Notes: generated from the sequence alone by a model not told the origin. A stretch of DNA of 64,000 nt from an uncultured bacterium (GCA_963727525.1 CAVSGO010000005.1:32001-96000); one strand, 5' to 3'. Shown: positions 9,157 to 21,253, counted from the first letter of the stretch. Program-made: numbers and translations.

Positions 9157-10907
9157 GTCTTGTGCGGCCTGTCCAGCAACGGGCTCAGTTCGCGGTAGAC
9201 CCGCTTGTGGTAGTCGTTCAGGTAACGGATCTGCTCCGGCCGCATCAGCGCGGGCTCCACGAGCGACAGATCGATCGGGCACAGCGTGACGGGCCAGAAG
9301 CAGAGCCACGTGCGGTCGTCGGTGCTGTGCTTCTCGTCGACCTGCACGAAGGCGAGGTTCTCGATCCGGATGCCGAATTGACCGGCCTCGTAGTAGCCCG
9401 GCTCGATCGACAGCAGGTTCCCCGGCACCACCGGCGGTGTGTCGAGATCCTTGAGCGAATGCGGTCCCTCGTGCACGCCGAGATACTGGCCGACACCATG
9501 TCCCGTGCCGTGTTGGTAATCGAGGCCGATCTCCCACAGCGCGCGACGCGCGAACATCTCGATGCGCCGCCCCGTGGTGCCAGCCGGGAACGGCGTGCGC
9601 GACGTGTCGATCATACCCATGAGCACGCGCGTGAAGCACTCCTTCTGGCGCCTGGTCGGCTTGCCGAGCGCCACGGTGCGCGTGATGTCGGTGGTGCCGT
9701 CGGGATACTGCCCGCCACTATCGATCAGGTAGATGCCGCGCGACTTCAGCGGCGCGTTGGTCTCGTCGGTTGGACCGTAGTGGATGATGGCGCCGTTGGC
9801 CCCGTAGCCGGAGATGGTCTCGAAACTCTCGTCCAGGAAATCCGGCGCCTGGGCGCGGATCGCGTGCAGCTTCGCCGCAGCGGACAGCTCGTCGACCTCG
9901 CCCTTGGACACGGCCAGCTCCAGCCAGCGCAGGAACTTCACCATGGCCACGCCGTCGCGCACGTGGGCCTCCACGATCCCGGCGATCTGCGTTTTGTTCT
10001 TCACGGCCTTCATCGCGGTGATCGGCGTGGGTGCGATATGCTGGTCGGTGTCCGCGAGCAGGTCCTGGACCCAGCGCGTCGTCGTGCCCGGATCGAGCCA
10101 CACCCGCGGCTTGCGCCGAGCGAGAGCTGCGAGATCGGCCGCGAGACTATCGTAGGGCTTGATCGCGCATAGCCCACTCAACGCCTTCTCGAGCGCCTTC
10201 GTGACCTTGCGCGGGTCGACATAGAACGTGCAGTCGCGATCGGTGACCACGGCGTAGCTGATGGCGACCGGCGTGTAGAGGATGTCCTCACTACGCACGT
10301 TCAGTAACCAGGCGACAGCGTCGAGCGCCCCGACGACGTGAGCTTGGCACCCGACCTCGCGCATGGCCATGCGCATCCGCGTGAGCTTGGCTTTCACGCT
10401 CTCGCCCGCGTACCTGGCCGGATGCACCGTCACCGGCGCGAGGGACGGCTCCGGGCGGTCGTCCCAGAGCTTGTCGACGAGATTCACGTCGAGGTACGCG
10501 ACCCGCACATCGTGGGGCGCCAGGGCCGCCTCGAAGTGCGCGGCAGCGCCCACGGAGATGAGGCGCGGGTCGACGCCGAGGGCCTCGCCGGGCTTGAGAC
10601 GAGCCGCGACCCAGTCGGTCATGCTGATCGACTCGGGCACGCCCATCTTCATGAGATCGATCCCCGATCCGAGCAGTTGCATACCCGCCTGCAGGAAGTA
10701 GCGACCATCGGTCCAGAGTCCGGCCTGCAAACGGCCCACGAGTAGTTCGCCCGCCGAACCGGTGAAGCCGCTGAGCCAGGCGCGGCGCTTTTCCGACTCC
10801 GGCAGGTACTCGCTCATATGGGCGTCGGCACTGGGCACGTAGTAGGCCGCCACACCATGCTTCTTCATCAGCGCGCGCAGGGCGGCAACCTTGTCGGCGG
10901 TGGTCAT
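9126..10907 (-). CDS. Aminopeptidase P family (M24B) Xaa-Pro aminopeptidase
   Basis: DAHMSEY, GFTGSAG, LWTDGRYFLQA, IDSGGQYPDGTTDITRT, HGTGHGVG, VHEGP, SIEPGYY, GIRIEN. Confidence 0.95.
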   Translation of the reverse strand: MTTADKVAALRALMKKHGVAAYYVPSADAHMSEYLPESEKRRAWLSGFTGSAGELLVGRLQAGLWTDGRYFLQAGMQLLGSGIDLMKMGVPESISMTDWVAARLKPGEALGVDPRLISVGAAAHFEAALAPHDVRVAYLDVNLVDKLWDDRPEPSLAPVTVHPARYAGESVKAKLTRMRMAMREVGCQAHVVGALDAVAWLLNVRSEDILYTPVAISYAVVTDRDCTFYVDPRKVTKALEKALSGLCAIKPYDSLAADLAALARRKPRVWLDPGTTTRWVQDLLADTDQHIAPTPITAMKAVKNKTQIAGIVEAHVRDGVAMVKFLRWLELAVSKGEVDELSAAAKLHAIRAQAPDFLDESFETISGYGANGAIIHYGPTDETNAPLKSRGIYLIDSGGQYPDGTTDITRTVALGKPTRRQKECFTRVLMGMIDTSRTPFPAGTTGRRIEMFARRALWEIGLDYQHGTGHGVGQYLGVHEGPHSLKDLDTPPVVPGNLLSIEPGYYEAGQFGIRIENLAFVQVDEKHSTDDRTWLCFWPVTLCPIDLSLVEPALMRPEQIRYLNDYHKRVYRELSPLLDRPHKTWLRKVTRAI

Positions 10908-10967
10908 CCTGTCCTCCGTTTCATGGGACCGAGGTTGGTGACGGGCATCATAGCACCGACCTGCGCG

Positions 10968-11588
10968 TCAGTGCCAGCCCGAGGTCGCCGCGTCATCGCT
11001 CGCCAGCACGCCGGCTTGCGCGAGGATCGCCACGAGATCGGCGCCGAGCGACACCGTAGGCGTCTCGACGATGCGACCGATCTCCTCGCCGCCGTGGCTG
11101 ACGATGAACGTGGGAACGTTGGTGATGCGGTACTCGGCCCGGTAGTCGTCGGTTTCGCTCACGTGCAATCCGGCCAGGGCCTCGCGCGCGTCGGCGTCGT
11201 CGGCCCGGCCGACGGCGACCATGGCCAGCTCCAGGCGGGGATTCCGGGCGCCCGCGAGCAGCCGCCAGAACCGTGGCACTTCGCGGCGCGAATCACCACA
11301 CCAGGTGCCCAGTACGCAGAGGATGTCCACCGGCTCGTCGACCTTGGCCAGCGTCGTGACGGCCGCACTGTCCGGCGCCCAGCCCTCGAGCTCCTGCGAC
11401 CAGTCCGGAAAGTGCGTCGCGATGAGGGCCTCGTTGACGTGGCCGAGCAGCTCGAGCCCGCGCGCCGATGGGAAGAGCACCGCTTCGGCGGGGCAGTGCC
11501 CGCCGCCGGCCGGCGTCTCGGCTCCTGGCCCCGCGAGCGCGGCCGCCGGTACGAGCAGCAGCACGAGAGCCAAGGCAAAACGATGCAT
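10968..11588 (-). CDS. Secreted thioredoxin-fold protein (WCGDS)
   Basis: Signal peptide MHRFALALVLLLVPAAALA; LGTWCGDSRREVP; YRITNVPTFIV...EIGRIVETP. Confidence 0.85.
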   Translation of the reverse strand: MHRFALALVLLLVPAAALAGPGAETPAGGGHCPAEAVLFPSARGLELLGHVNEALIATHFPDWSQELEGWAPDSAAVTTLAKVDEPVDILCVLGTWCGDSRREVPRFWRLLAGARNPRLELAMVAVGRADDADAREALAGLHVSETDDYRAEYRITNVPTFIVSHGGEEIGRIVETPTVSLGADLVAILAQAGVLASDDAATSGWH

Positions 11589-11718
11589 GACGGCCTCCGG
11601 GATGCGGTCCGGGTACAAGATCTGGTAGAATATAGGCGTAAACCACCGTCCGCCCAAGATCGGTGCCTGCCTGGAGCCGGCCCGTCCGTCTTGTCGCGCA
11701 TAGACCGAGGAGACCTCC

Positions 11719-14508
11719 ATGAAGACGTTTCTGATCGCGTTGCTCTGCGTTCTGGTGACCGGGGTCGCCGTCGCAGGCGACGTTGCCCTGCTCGCGCGCC
11801 CTGCGATGCAGACGCCGGCGCCTACCGGACGCGTCGTGGTCCTGCTGGCTTCCACGACCGATCTGACGACGGATGATGCCGGCCTCGTCGGCAGGAGCGC
11901 CGACGTCGTGCGCCTCCAGCGACTCGTCGCCGGCCTCGCCGGTGGTGCCCGGATCGAACGGCGCTTCGCCATTCCCGCGGCCGCCGCCACGGGCCTCGCC
12001 GCCACCGCCCGGCAACGGACGGGTCGCCCAGCGCCCGACCTGAATCGCTACGCGATGTTCGATGCCGGAACGCGCGACCTGGTCCGCCTGCGCACGATCG
12101 TCGCGACGGTTGCCGCCGATCCGGCCGTGGCGACCGCCTTCGCGGAGCCGGTGGCCGTGCCGGCCGCGCTCGGGTTCGACGCCTTCACCGGCGCCACGCC
12201 GCCGGCCGCCGCGGTCGGTGCGGAGCCGGCCGTCCTGCCGTCGCCCGATTACTCCGCCATGCAAGGGTACCTCGAGGATGCACCCACGGGTATCGGTGCG
12301 CTCACCATGGCCAGCCAGCCCGGCGCGCGCGGCGGCTCGATGCAGGTGGTCGACGTGGAAGGCGCATGGCTCTGGACGCACGAGGATCTGCCAAGTCCCG
12401 TCTTCACCGCCGGTACCCCGTTCGAGGACCTGAGCTGGCGCAACCACGGCACGGCCGTCATGGGCGAGATGCGCGGCAACGACGACTTCAGCGGCGTGCG
12501 GGGCATCGTGCCCAGCTGCGCCGTCGGCGGCAGCAGCATCGGCTCCCAGTCGACCGCCGATGCGATCATCGCCGCCGCCGCGGCCAACGAGCCCGGCGAC
12601 GCCATCCTCATCGAGCTCCACGCCCCCGGGCCCAACGCGAGCGGTAGCGGCCAGTTCGGCTACGTGGCCATGGAGTTCTGGCAGGACAACTTCGACGCGA
12701 TCCAGCTCGCCACGGGCCTCGGGTTGATCGTCTGCGAGGCCGCGGGCAACGGCTCGCAGAATTACGACGACCCCATCTACGGCGACCTCTTCGATCGCAC
12801 GTTCCGCGACTCGGGCGCCATCATGATCGGCGCCACCGTCGGCGCCAGCCTCGATCCGGCCTGGTTCTCGAACAACGGCACCCGCGTCGACTGCAATGGC
12901 TGGGGACTGGACGTCACGACCTGCGCCTACGGCGATCTGCAGGGCGGCGACGAGACGATGTGGTACACCAGCGGCTTCAGCGGCACCAGCAGCGCCTCCC
13001 CCATCGTGACGGGCGCCGTGCTCAGCCTGCAGGGCATGGTGAAGACCCAGTACGGCATCCCGATGGACGCCTACCTCGCACGCGCGATCCTCAGCAGTAC
13101 CGGCACACCCACCAATGGCAGCACGCTCATCGGCACGCGGCCCGATCTGGTGGCGGCCTGGTCGTTGGCATCCGCCGGCATCGGCACCGTCGCGGGCGCG
13201 GTTTTCGATGACGCCGCGCAGCCCCTCGAGGGCGTGACGATCTCCGTCTCGCCGGGCGATGCGGTCGCCGTCACCGCGGCCGATGGCAGCTACCAGATCC
13301 CGCTCCTGGCTGGCAGCTACGCCCTGCACTTCCACGACTTCTACCATGCCGACGTGGACGCCGACGTGGTCATCGCCACCGGCGCGACACCCCTCGACGT
13401 CACCATGGATCTGTTGCCCCTGGTCGCGGTTTCCGGCCAGGTGACTGACGTCGATGGCGGCGGACTGGGCGGCGCCGTGATCACGCCCCTCGGCGTACCG
13501 CTGTCCCCGGTCACCTGCGCCGCCGACGGCAGCTATGTGCTCTCGGGACTCCCCGCGGGCGTCGCCTTCTCCCTCGTGGCGGGCAGCGTGCCGGGCTATG
13601 GCGGCGTGGCGCGCGACATCTCCCTGCCGGCGTCGCCAGGCAGCGTGACGGTGGATCTCGAGCTGCCCGCGGCCACCTATACCTTCGAGTCGGACGCGCA
13701 GGGCTTCACGGCGAACTCGTTGTGGACGCGCGGCGATCCCATGGCCACCCACGCCGGACCTGGCAACGCGTTCGACGGCAATAATTGCTGGGGCGTGGGC
13801 ATGGATGGTGCGGGTTATCCCGACAACTCGATCGGGACCCTCTCCAGCCCGGACTTCACCGCCGACGATTTCGACGGCTACGCGAATCTCTTCCTGAGTT
13901 TCCACTACTGGCTGGGATCCGAGGCGACGTACGACGGATTCAATGTCGTGATCGCCTCGCCCACGCCGGAGGTTGTCACGCCGGTCGGCGGTTACTCCGA
14001 CGCCTCCCTCGCCGGTCTCGTGTACCAGCCGGGCTGGTCGGGCGACAGCGGCGGCTGGCGCACCGCGGTCTTCGACCTCAGCGCGTACCTCGGCACCGAT
14101 TTCAGCGTGCGGTTCGTCTTCGGCAGCGATGAGGCCGTCACGGAAACGGGCGTGTTCATCGACGGCGTGACGCTGGCGCCGCGCATGACGGTCACCCCGG
14201 TGCCCGACGGTGGCGTGTCCCCCGCTCCGGCGATCGCCGCGGTGCAAGCGTTTCCGAACCCATTCAATCCGCAGACCACGCTGAGATGGGCGTTGCCACA
14301 CGCCGGCCGCGGCTCCCTTTGCGTGTATGATCTGCGCGGCCAGCTCGTGCGCACGCTCCTGGCCGACGCGTCGGTGCCCGCGTCCGGCACGCTCACCTGG
14401 GACGGCACGGACGACCATGGTCGCAGCATCGCGAGCGGCGTGTACCTGGTGCGGCTGCGCGGTGATGCCGGCGCGGTTGCCACGCAGCGCGTCGTCATGG
14501 CCAAATAG
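11719..14508 (+). CDS. Secreted S8 serine peptidase with carboxypeptidase-regulatory-like repeats and a C-terminal FlgD-Ig domain
   Basis: Catalytic VVDVEG / NHGTAV / AAGNG / FSGTSSASP; C-terminal FPNPFNPQT...VYDLRGQLVRTL...WDGTDDHG..ASGVY. Confidence 0.9.
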   Translation: MKTFLIALLCVLVTGVAVAGDVALLARPAMQTPAPTGRVVVLLASTTDLTTDDAGLVGRSADVVRLQRLVAGLAGGARIERRFAIPAAAATGLAATARQRTGRPAPDLNRYAMFDAGTRDLVRLRTIVATVAADPAVATAFAEPVAVPAALGFDAFTGATPPAAAVGAEPAVLPSPDYSAMQGYLEDAPTGIGALTMASQPGARGGSMQVVDVEGAWLWTHEDLPSPVFTAGTPFEDLSWRNHGTAVMGEMRGNDDFSGVRGIVPSCAVGGSSIGSQSTADAIIAAAAANEPGDAILIELHAPGPNASGSGQFGYVAMEFWQDNFDAIQLATGLGLIVCEAAGNGSQNYDDPIYGDLFDRTFRDSGAIMIGATVGASLDPAWFSNNGTRVDCNGWGLDVTTCAYGDLQGGDETMWYTSGFSGTSSASPIVTGAVLSLQGMVKTQYGIPMDAYLARAILSSTGTPTNGSTLIGTRPDLVAAWSLASAGIGTVAGAVFDDAAQPLEGVTISVSPGDAVAVTAADGSYQIPLLAGSYALHFHDFYHADVDADVVIATGATPLDVTMDLLPLVAVSGQVTDVDGGGLGGAVITPLGVPLSPVTCAADGSYVLSGLPAGVAFSLVAGSVPGYGGVARDISLPASPGSVTVDLELPAATYTFESDAQGFTANSLWTRGDPMATHAGPGNAFDGNNCWGVGMDGAGYPDNSIGTLSSPDFTADDFDGYANLFLSFHYWLGSEATYDGFNVVIASPTPEVVTPVGGYSDASLAGLVYQPGWSGDSGGWRTAVFDLSAYLGTDFSVRFVFGSDEAVTETGVFIDGVTLAPRMTVTPVPDGGVSPAPAIAAVQAFPNPFNPQTTLRWALPHAGRGSLCVYDLRGQLVRTLLADASVPASGTLTWDGTDDHGRSIASGVYLVRLRGDAGAVATQRVVMAK

Positions 14509-14535
14509 ACGGCGACGTTTCACCGACGACGTCTC

Positions 14536-14565
14536 GCGAGCCCCGGTCCGCCGACCGGGGCTCGC
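14536..14565. terminator. Hairpin after the S8 peptidase gene
   Basis: gcgagccccggtc-cgcc-gaccggggctcgc. Confidence 0.6.
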
Positions 14566-14668
14566 CCTGTCTGCGTACTCGCCGCCGCGGCGGTCGTGGG
14601 CTATACTTCGTCGTCGTGCCCCCCTCCGGCGGCCCCACCGCCGATCACCCGCAGCCTGGAGGTCTCCC

Positions 14669-16768
<2,100 letters not shown>

Positions 16769-16793
16769 ACCGCGAGCGCGGATCGTGATCGCG

Positions 16794-16828
16794 CGAAGCC
16801 CCCGGTCGACTTGCGACCGGGGGCTTCG
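16794..16828. terminator. Bidirectional terminator-like hairpin between convergent genes
   Basis: cgaagcccccggtcg-acttg-cgaccgggggcttcg, a 15-bp perfect stem. Confidence 0.7.
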
Positions 16829-16847
16829 TCGTCCCGCGGGCATGCGC

Positions 16848-19307
16848 CTACGCGCTCCGCGCCCCGATGCCGTGCTTGTCCAGCCGCCGGTACAGCGCCG
16901 CCCGCGAGATCCCCAGCCGCCGCGCCGCCTCCGCCCGATTGCCTCCCGCTTCCTCCAGCGCCAGCAGCAACCGCGCCCGCGACAGCTCCGCGACCTCCCC
17001 CGCGCCCGACGATCCCGCCGCCGCTTTCGCCTGACGACCCGGACCCGCCAGCACCAACGCGTCGCGACCGCTGCCCAGTTCCACGTCCACCACGCCCAGC
17101 ACCTTCTGGCTGATCGCCGCCCGACGCGCGATCAACGCCACCTCGCGCGCATTCCCTGCCCACGGGTAACGCTGCAGCAGGCCCAGGCTCTGCGTGCTGA
17201 AGTAATCCGTCGCCGCCACCTTCCGCCCCACAGCCTCGCTCAGAAAGTGCTCCAGCAGCGGCAACACGTCCTCGGGCCGCTTCCGCAACGGCGCCAGGTG
17301 GATCTCCAGGATCCGTAACCTGTAGAAAAGGTCTTCCCGGAACTTCCCCTGAGCCACCGCCTCCTCGAGATCCAGGTTCGTCGCCGCGATCACCCGCAGA
17401 TCCGCATACCGCGTGTCCGGATCCCCGAGCACGTTGTAAGATCCGTCCTGCAGCAACCGCAGCAGCTTCGCCTGCACCTCCGACGGCATGTCCCCGACCT
17501 CGTCCAGGAACAGCGTCCCCCCATCTGCCTCCGCCGCGTAGCCCGTCCGGTCCATCTCCGCCCCGCTGAACGCACCCCGCACGTGGCCGAAGAACTCACG
17601 CTCGAACATCGTCGTCGGCACCGCCGTCATGTTCACCGCCACGAACGGCTTCCCCTGCCGCGGACTCAGCTCATGCAAGCGCCGCGCGATCACTTCCTTG
17701 CCCGTCCCCGTCTCCCCGATCACCAGCACCGGCTCGTCGTACGGAGCAAACGCCTCGACTGCCTGCAGCACCTCCTGCATCGAACGCGACTGCGCCACGA
17801 TCACGTCCCGCGCCTCGTAGCGATCGTCCTTGCTCTGCACGCGCCGCACCGCGTAACGCGTCTCCTCCATCCGCCGCTTCGCGATCCGCGACTGCATCCG
17901 CTGCACCGATGACGACCACGACGCGATCCCCACCTCACGGCTCAGCGCCTGCGCCGCCACACCATGCTCCCAGGCCGCATCCAGCAGATCCCGCGGCGCC
18001 ACCTCCTCCTTGACGTCGCTACTGCGCGCGATCAACGCCTGACCCGCCACCAACCGCGCCGACAGATGCTCCAGCCGCGCCTCGATCGCCCCCAGCAGAT
18101 CGCACGCCTCCTCCGCGTAACGCTGCGCGTTGCGCACATCGCCGATCGCCTGCATCGCCTGCGCCAGGCAACGCAGCGTCACCCCTTCCTCGTAACGATC
18201 CCCCAGCCGCGCCGCATGCTTGCGCGCCTCGTTCAGCACCGGCAACGCCGCCGCCACCTTGCCCTCCAGCGTCAGACACTCGCCCTCCCGACGCCGCAAC
18301 TCCATCACCAGGTCACCCCTGGGCGCGATCTCCTGCGCGATCGCCATCCCGCGCGCGTAGTAACGCCGCGCCTCCTCCGGCTTGCCCTCATCGCGATAGA
18401 CGTCGCCAAGGAATTCGAGCGCCAGACACTCCTCGCGCGGCACCTTCAACTCCGCCGCCAGCGTGTAGGCCTGAGTCAGATGTTTGCGGGCGGTGGTGTG
18501 GTCTTCCAGGAGGCGGTGGACGTTGCCCAGGGCGATGTGGGTGCGGGTGAGGTTGAGGCGGTTCTCCACCGCCGCGAAGAGGCGGGTGGCTTCCTCGAGA
18601 TGAGGCACCGCCACCACCGCGCCGCCCGACTTGTAACAGGCGATGCCGAGGTTGAGGGAGTTGAGGCCCGCGGCGAGGCGTGCGCCGATCTCGATGTTCA
18701 CCGCATGGGCCGCGGTGAACCACCGTCGGCTCTCGTCATACCGCCCCTCGACCACGGCGAGGACCCCCAGGAGATTCGCGAACTCCGCGACCTGCGGCTT
18801 CTGCGCCCGCAGGCGCGCGATCTGGTAGCCGGCTTCCGCGTCGCTCACCGCGTCGCGATAACGGCTCCGGAGAAAGCGGATGTTGGCGCGCAGGAAGAGC
18901 AGGCGATCCAGGTCCCGATGCCAGTCGCGGATGGCCACCTCGACGTCGTGCGCGACTGACGCCTCCACCTCGCTGTACTGGCCCCGGCACACCTTCAGCC
19001 ACGAGCCCAGGAGATGGATCTCGAAGCGATCGTCGGCGTCGACGACATGGCCAGCGAGCCATCCCACGAGGTCCGTCGCTTCGTCGTAGCGCCCGGTCTT
19101 CTGCCAGACCCAGCCCTGGAGCAGCCAGCAATCGACCACGGTCGGCCCGCTGCGGGCGTACACGACGAGTTCCTGTCCCACCAGATCGGCGAGGGCATCC
19201 GCACAACGCGCATAGTTCTCGCGCACGAAGTGGTCCTGGGCCGCGCGGAATCGCGGCCCATCGACGCGTGCTAAGAGACGTGCGGCATTGCGAGGCGCAG
19301 GACTCAT
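16848..19307 (-). CDS. Sigma-54-dependent transcriptional activator with N-terminal TPR sensor, AAA+ domain and Fis-type HTH
   Basis: TPR-like repeats (NLLG, SLNLGIAC, IALGNVH, LEFLGDVY); GETGTGKE; FFGHVRGAFSGA; LFLDEVG; FREDLFYRL; WAGNARE; GNRAEAARRLGISRAALYRRL. Confidence 0.92.
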   Translation of the reverse strand: MSPAPRNAARLLARVDGPRFRAAQDHFVRENYARCADALADLVGQELVVYARSGPTVVDCWLLQGWVWQKTGRYDEATDLVGWLAGHVVDADDRFEIHLLGSWLKVCRGQYSEVEASVAHDVEVAIRDWHRDLDRLLFLRANIRFLRSRYRDAVSDAEAGYQIARLRAQKPQVAEFANLLGVLAVVEGRYDESRRWFTAAHAVNIEIGARLAAGLNSLNLGIACYKSGGAVVAVPHLEEATRLFAAVENRLNLTRTHIALGNVHRLLEDHTTARKHLTQAYTLAAELKVPREECLALEFLGDVYRDEGKPEEARRYYARGMAIAQEIAPRGDLVMELRRREGECLTLEGKVAAALPVLNEARKHAARLGDRYEEGVTLRCLAQAMQAIGDVRNAQRYAEEACDLLGAIEARLEHLSARLVAGQALIARSSDVKEEVAPRDLLDAAWEHGVAAQALSREVGIASWSSSVQRMQSRIAKRRMEETRYAVRRVQSKDDRYEARDVIVAQSRSMQEVLQAVEAFAPYDEPVLVIGETGTGKEVIARRLHELSPRQGKPFVAVNMTAVPTTMFEREFFGHVRGAFSGAEMDRTGYAAEADGGTLFLDEVGDMPSEVQAKLLRLLQDGSYNVLGDPDTRYADLRVIAATNLDLEEAVAQGKFREDLFYRLRILEIHLAPLRKRPEDVLPLLEHFLSEAVGRKVAATDYFSTQSLGLLQRYPWAGNAREVALIARRAAISQKVLGVVDVELGSGRDALVLAGPGRQAKAAAGSSGAGEVAELSRARLLLALEEAGGNRAEAARRLGISRAALYRRLDKHGIGARSA

Positions 19308-19633
19308 GAGTCGTGATGCCCCGGGCTGTGTTCACGGTCCAGCGTCTTGGGTGTCGGCACACCGTCGGGCAGATCGAGCGACCACCAGGTCGTCGGACTC
19401 CACGGACCGAGCCATGGCAGCCAGATCATGATGCGCGGAAGCCGTTCGTTCTCACCCTCGGGATCGCCCGACCCGGCGGTGTCGCGCGCGATGCCGAATC
19501 CACCGAGCGGATCGCCGGGGATTGGCCGGTTGACCGACTGTTCCGCCTGGAAAGGACGCGCCACCCCGGGCCGCGGTGCGACGAGAAGAAGAACGACAAG
19601 CAGGCAAAGGCCGAAGCCTACGCGGATCTTCAT
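19304..19633 (-). CDS. Small secreted protein or pro-peptide, translationally coupled to the TPR activator
   Basis: Signal peptide MKIRVGFGLCLLVVLLLVAPRPGVA; AGGAG RBS; stop overlaps the activator ATG (ATGA). Confidence 0.65.
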   Translation of the reverse strand: MKIRVGFGLCLLVVLLLVAPRPGVARPFQAEQSVNRPIPGDPLGGFGIARDTAGSGDPEGENERLPRIMIWLPWLGPWSPTTWWSLDLPDGVPTPKTLDREHSPGHHDS

Positions 19634-19772
19634 GGGAGGCTCCTCGTTTGACGAGGTGGGTGCGATCCCCGTGTGGCATGAAGGTACGGAGTCGCGGCGG
19701 CGGAGAAAACCCCTGAATTGCGGATTCGGGCCAGCAGAAGCACATAATGGCGGGCAACAAGCCTCGATTCGG

Positions 19773-21116
19773 TCAGGGGGCGCCGCGACCCGTCGTCACG
19801 ACGCGCGCCAGGCGCTGCAAGGTGGCGCCGAGTGCGGTGTTGTCGAGGTACGCGCCACGCACGGGATCGTGGCCGGTGGCGAGTGTCACGAATTCGGCAC
19901 TGCAGAGCCCCTGTGCGAGGAAAGGGACGAGCTGGTTGGTGTGCTCACCCGTGTGCAGGACGAGGGCGGGCATGCAGCCGACGCCGCAACCCGTCACGGG
20001 TGGCCAGTCGGCCGGCCCACCTGTCGGTTCGCCGGTGAGGCGGCCCGTCTCGTGGTCGGCCGTCACGATGAGCAGGGTCTCGTCCCAGCCGCCGTGGGTC
20101 GCGATCCAGGCCGTGACGGCGTGCACGGCATCGAGGAAGTCGACGACCTCCTCGACGAGACGGCCGGGCCTGCCGTCGTGGCTGGCCCAGTCGGCGGCGC
20201 CGCCCTCGATCATGACGAAGAAGCCGTCGGGGTCGGCGTCGAGGACGTTGAGCGCGGCCAGGGAGATCTCGGCGAGGGTCGGCACATCGTCGTTGCGTGC
20301 CACCGCGAAGGCCGCGGCCTGTCGATCGCCGTCGCGCTGCGCCTGCAGCGTCTCGTGCACCCTCGGAACGCCGAGCAAGCGGGCCGGCGCCGGGCCGGAC
20401 GCGAGGGCCTGGAACTGCGCGCGCGTCTCGACCACGGTCCAGGGATCGGGCGTCCCGTCGCCGTCGGCATCGGCGCCGGCACCGGCGAGCACGGCGCGCC
20501 AGGTGTCCTCGCCGCCGACGTAGCGCCAGCCGGGACGCGTGCGCCTGCGCCCGCTGTCGTCGTACCAGGGGTGGCCAGCGCCGATGATCACGTCGACGGC
20601 GCTGTCCAGGAGCATCGCCCGCGCGATACCCTCGTAGTCGTTCCGGTCCGGGTCGGCGACACAGACGCCCGCCGGTGTGGCATGCGCGAACGGGACGGTC
20701 GTCACCACGCCCATGGCCTTGCCTGCGGCAGCCATGGCTGCGGCCAGGGTCGTCAGGGGCGCGCCGTCCGGCCCGACGGCGAGTCGACCGTTGCGGGTCT
20801 TCACGCCGGTGGTCATGGCCGTGATCGCCGCGGCCGAATCGGTGACGTGGTGATCGACCCGGTCGGCATCGGCCCAGGCTGCCACGGGATCGTAGCCGCC
20901 GCCGGCCGGATACGTGCTCATCGCCAGCCGCACGGCGAGCGAGTCGAGGATATCGCGGCCCGCGGCGCCGTCGCGATAGGCCTCGCCCGCCGCGATGTGG
21001 TTGAATCCGCAGCCGTCGCCGATCATGAGGATGACATTGTGCGGCGTGGCCGCGGACGCGGCCACGGGCGTCGCCAGCAGGAGCGACACGAGCAGGACGA
21101 GCGGCAAGCGCGACAC
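19773..21116 (-). CDS. phoA: Alkaline phosphatase (PhoA family)
   Basis: ILMIGDG, VTDSAA, TGVKT, HATPA, MIEGGAADWASH, VTADHETG, HTNQLVP; signal peptide. Confidence 0.92.
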   Translation of the reverse strand: MSRLPLVLLVSLLLATPVAASAATPHNVILMIGDGCGFNHIAAGEAYRDGAAGRDILDSLAVRLAMSTYPAGGGYDPVAAWADADRVDHHVTDSAAAITAMTTGVKTRNGRLAVGPDGAPLTTLAAAMAAAGKAMGVVTTVPFAHATPAGVCVADPDRNDYEGIARAMLLDSAVDVIIGAGHPWYDDSGRRRTRPGWRYVGGEDTWRAVLAGAGADADGDGTPDPWTVVETRAQFQALASGPAPARLLGVPRVHETLQAQRDGDRQAAAFAVARNDDVPTLAEISLAALNVLDADPDGFFVMIEGGAADWASHDGRPGRLVEEVVDFLDAVHAVTAWIATHGGWDETLLIVTADHETGRLTGEPTGGPADWPPVTGCGVGCMPALVLHTGEHTNQLVPFLAQGLCSAEFVTLATGHDPVRGAYLDNTALGATLQRLARVVTTGRGAP

Positions 21117-21253
21117 GGTGACCTCCCCCGCCTGGTGAGCGCACGCGAACGTGTCCAGTATATCGTCATCACGTCAGGGTCGTGTCAAATCCCACGGCGA
21201 GTGATGGCCGGTGCCCCGCCCGCAAGCGAGGCACCGGCCGGCGGCTCGCGCCG

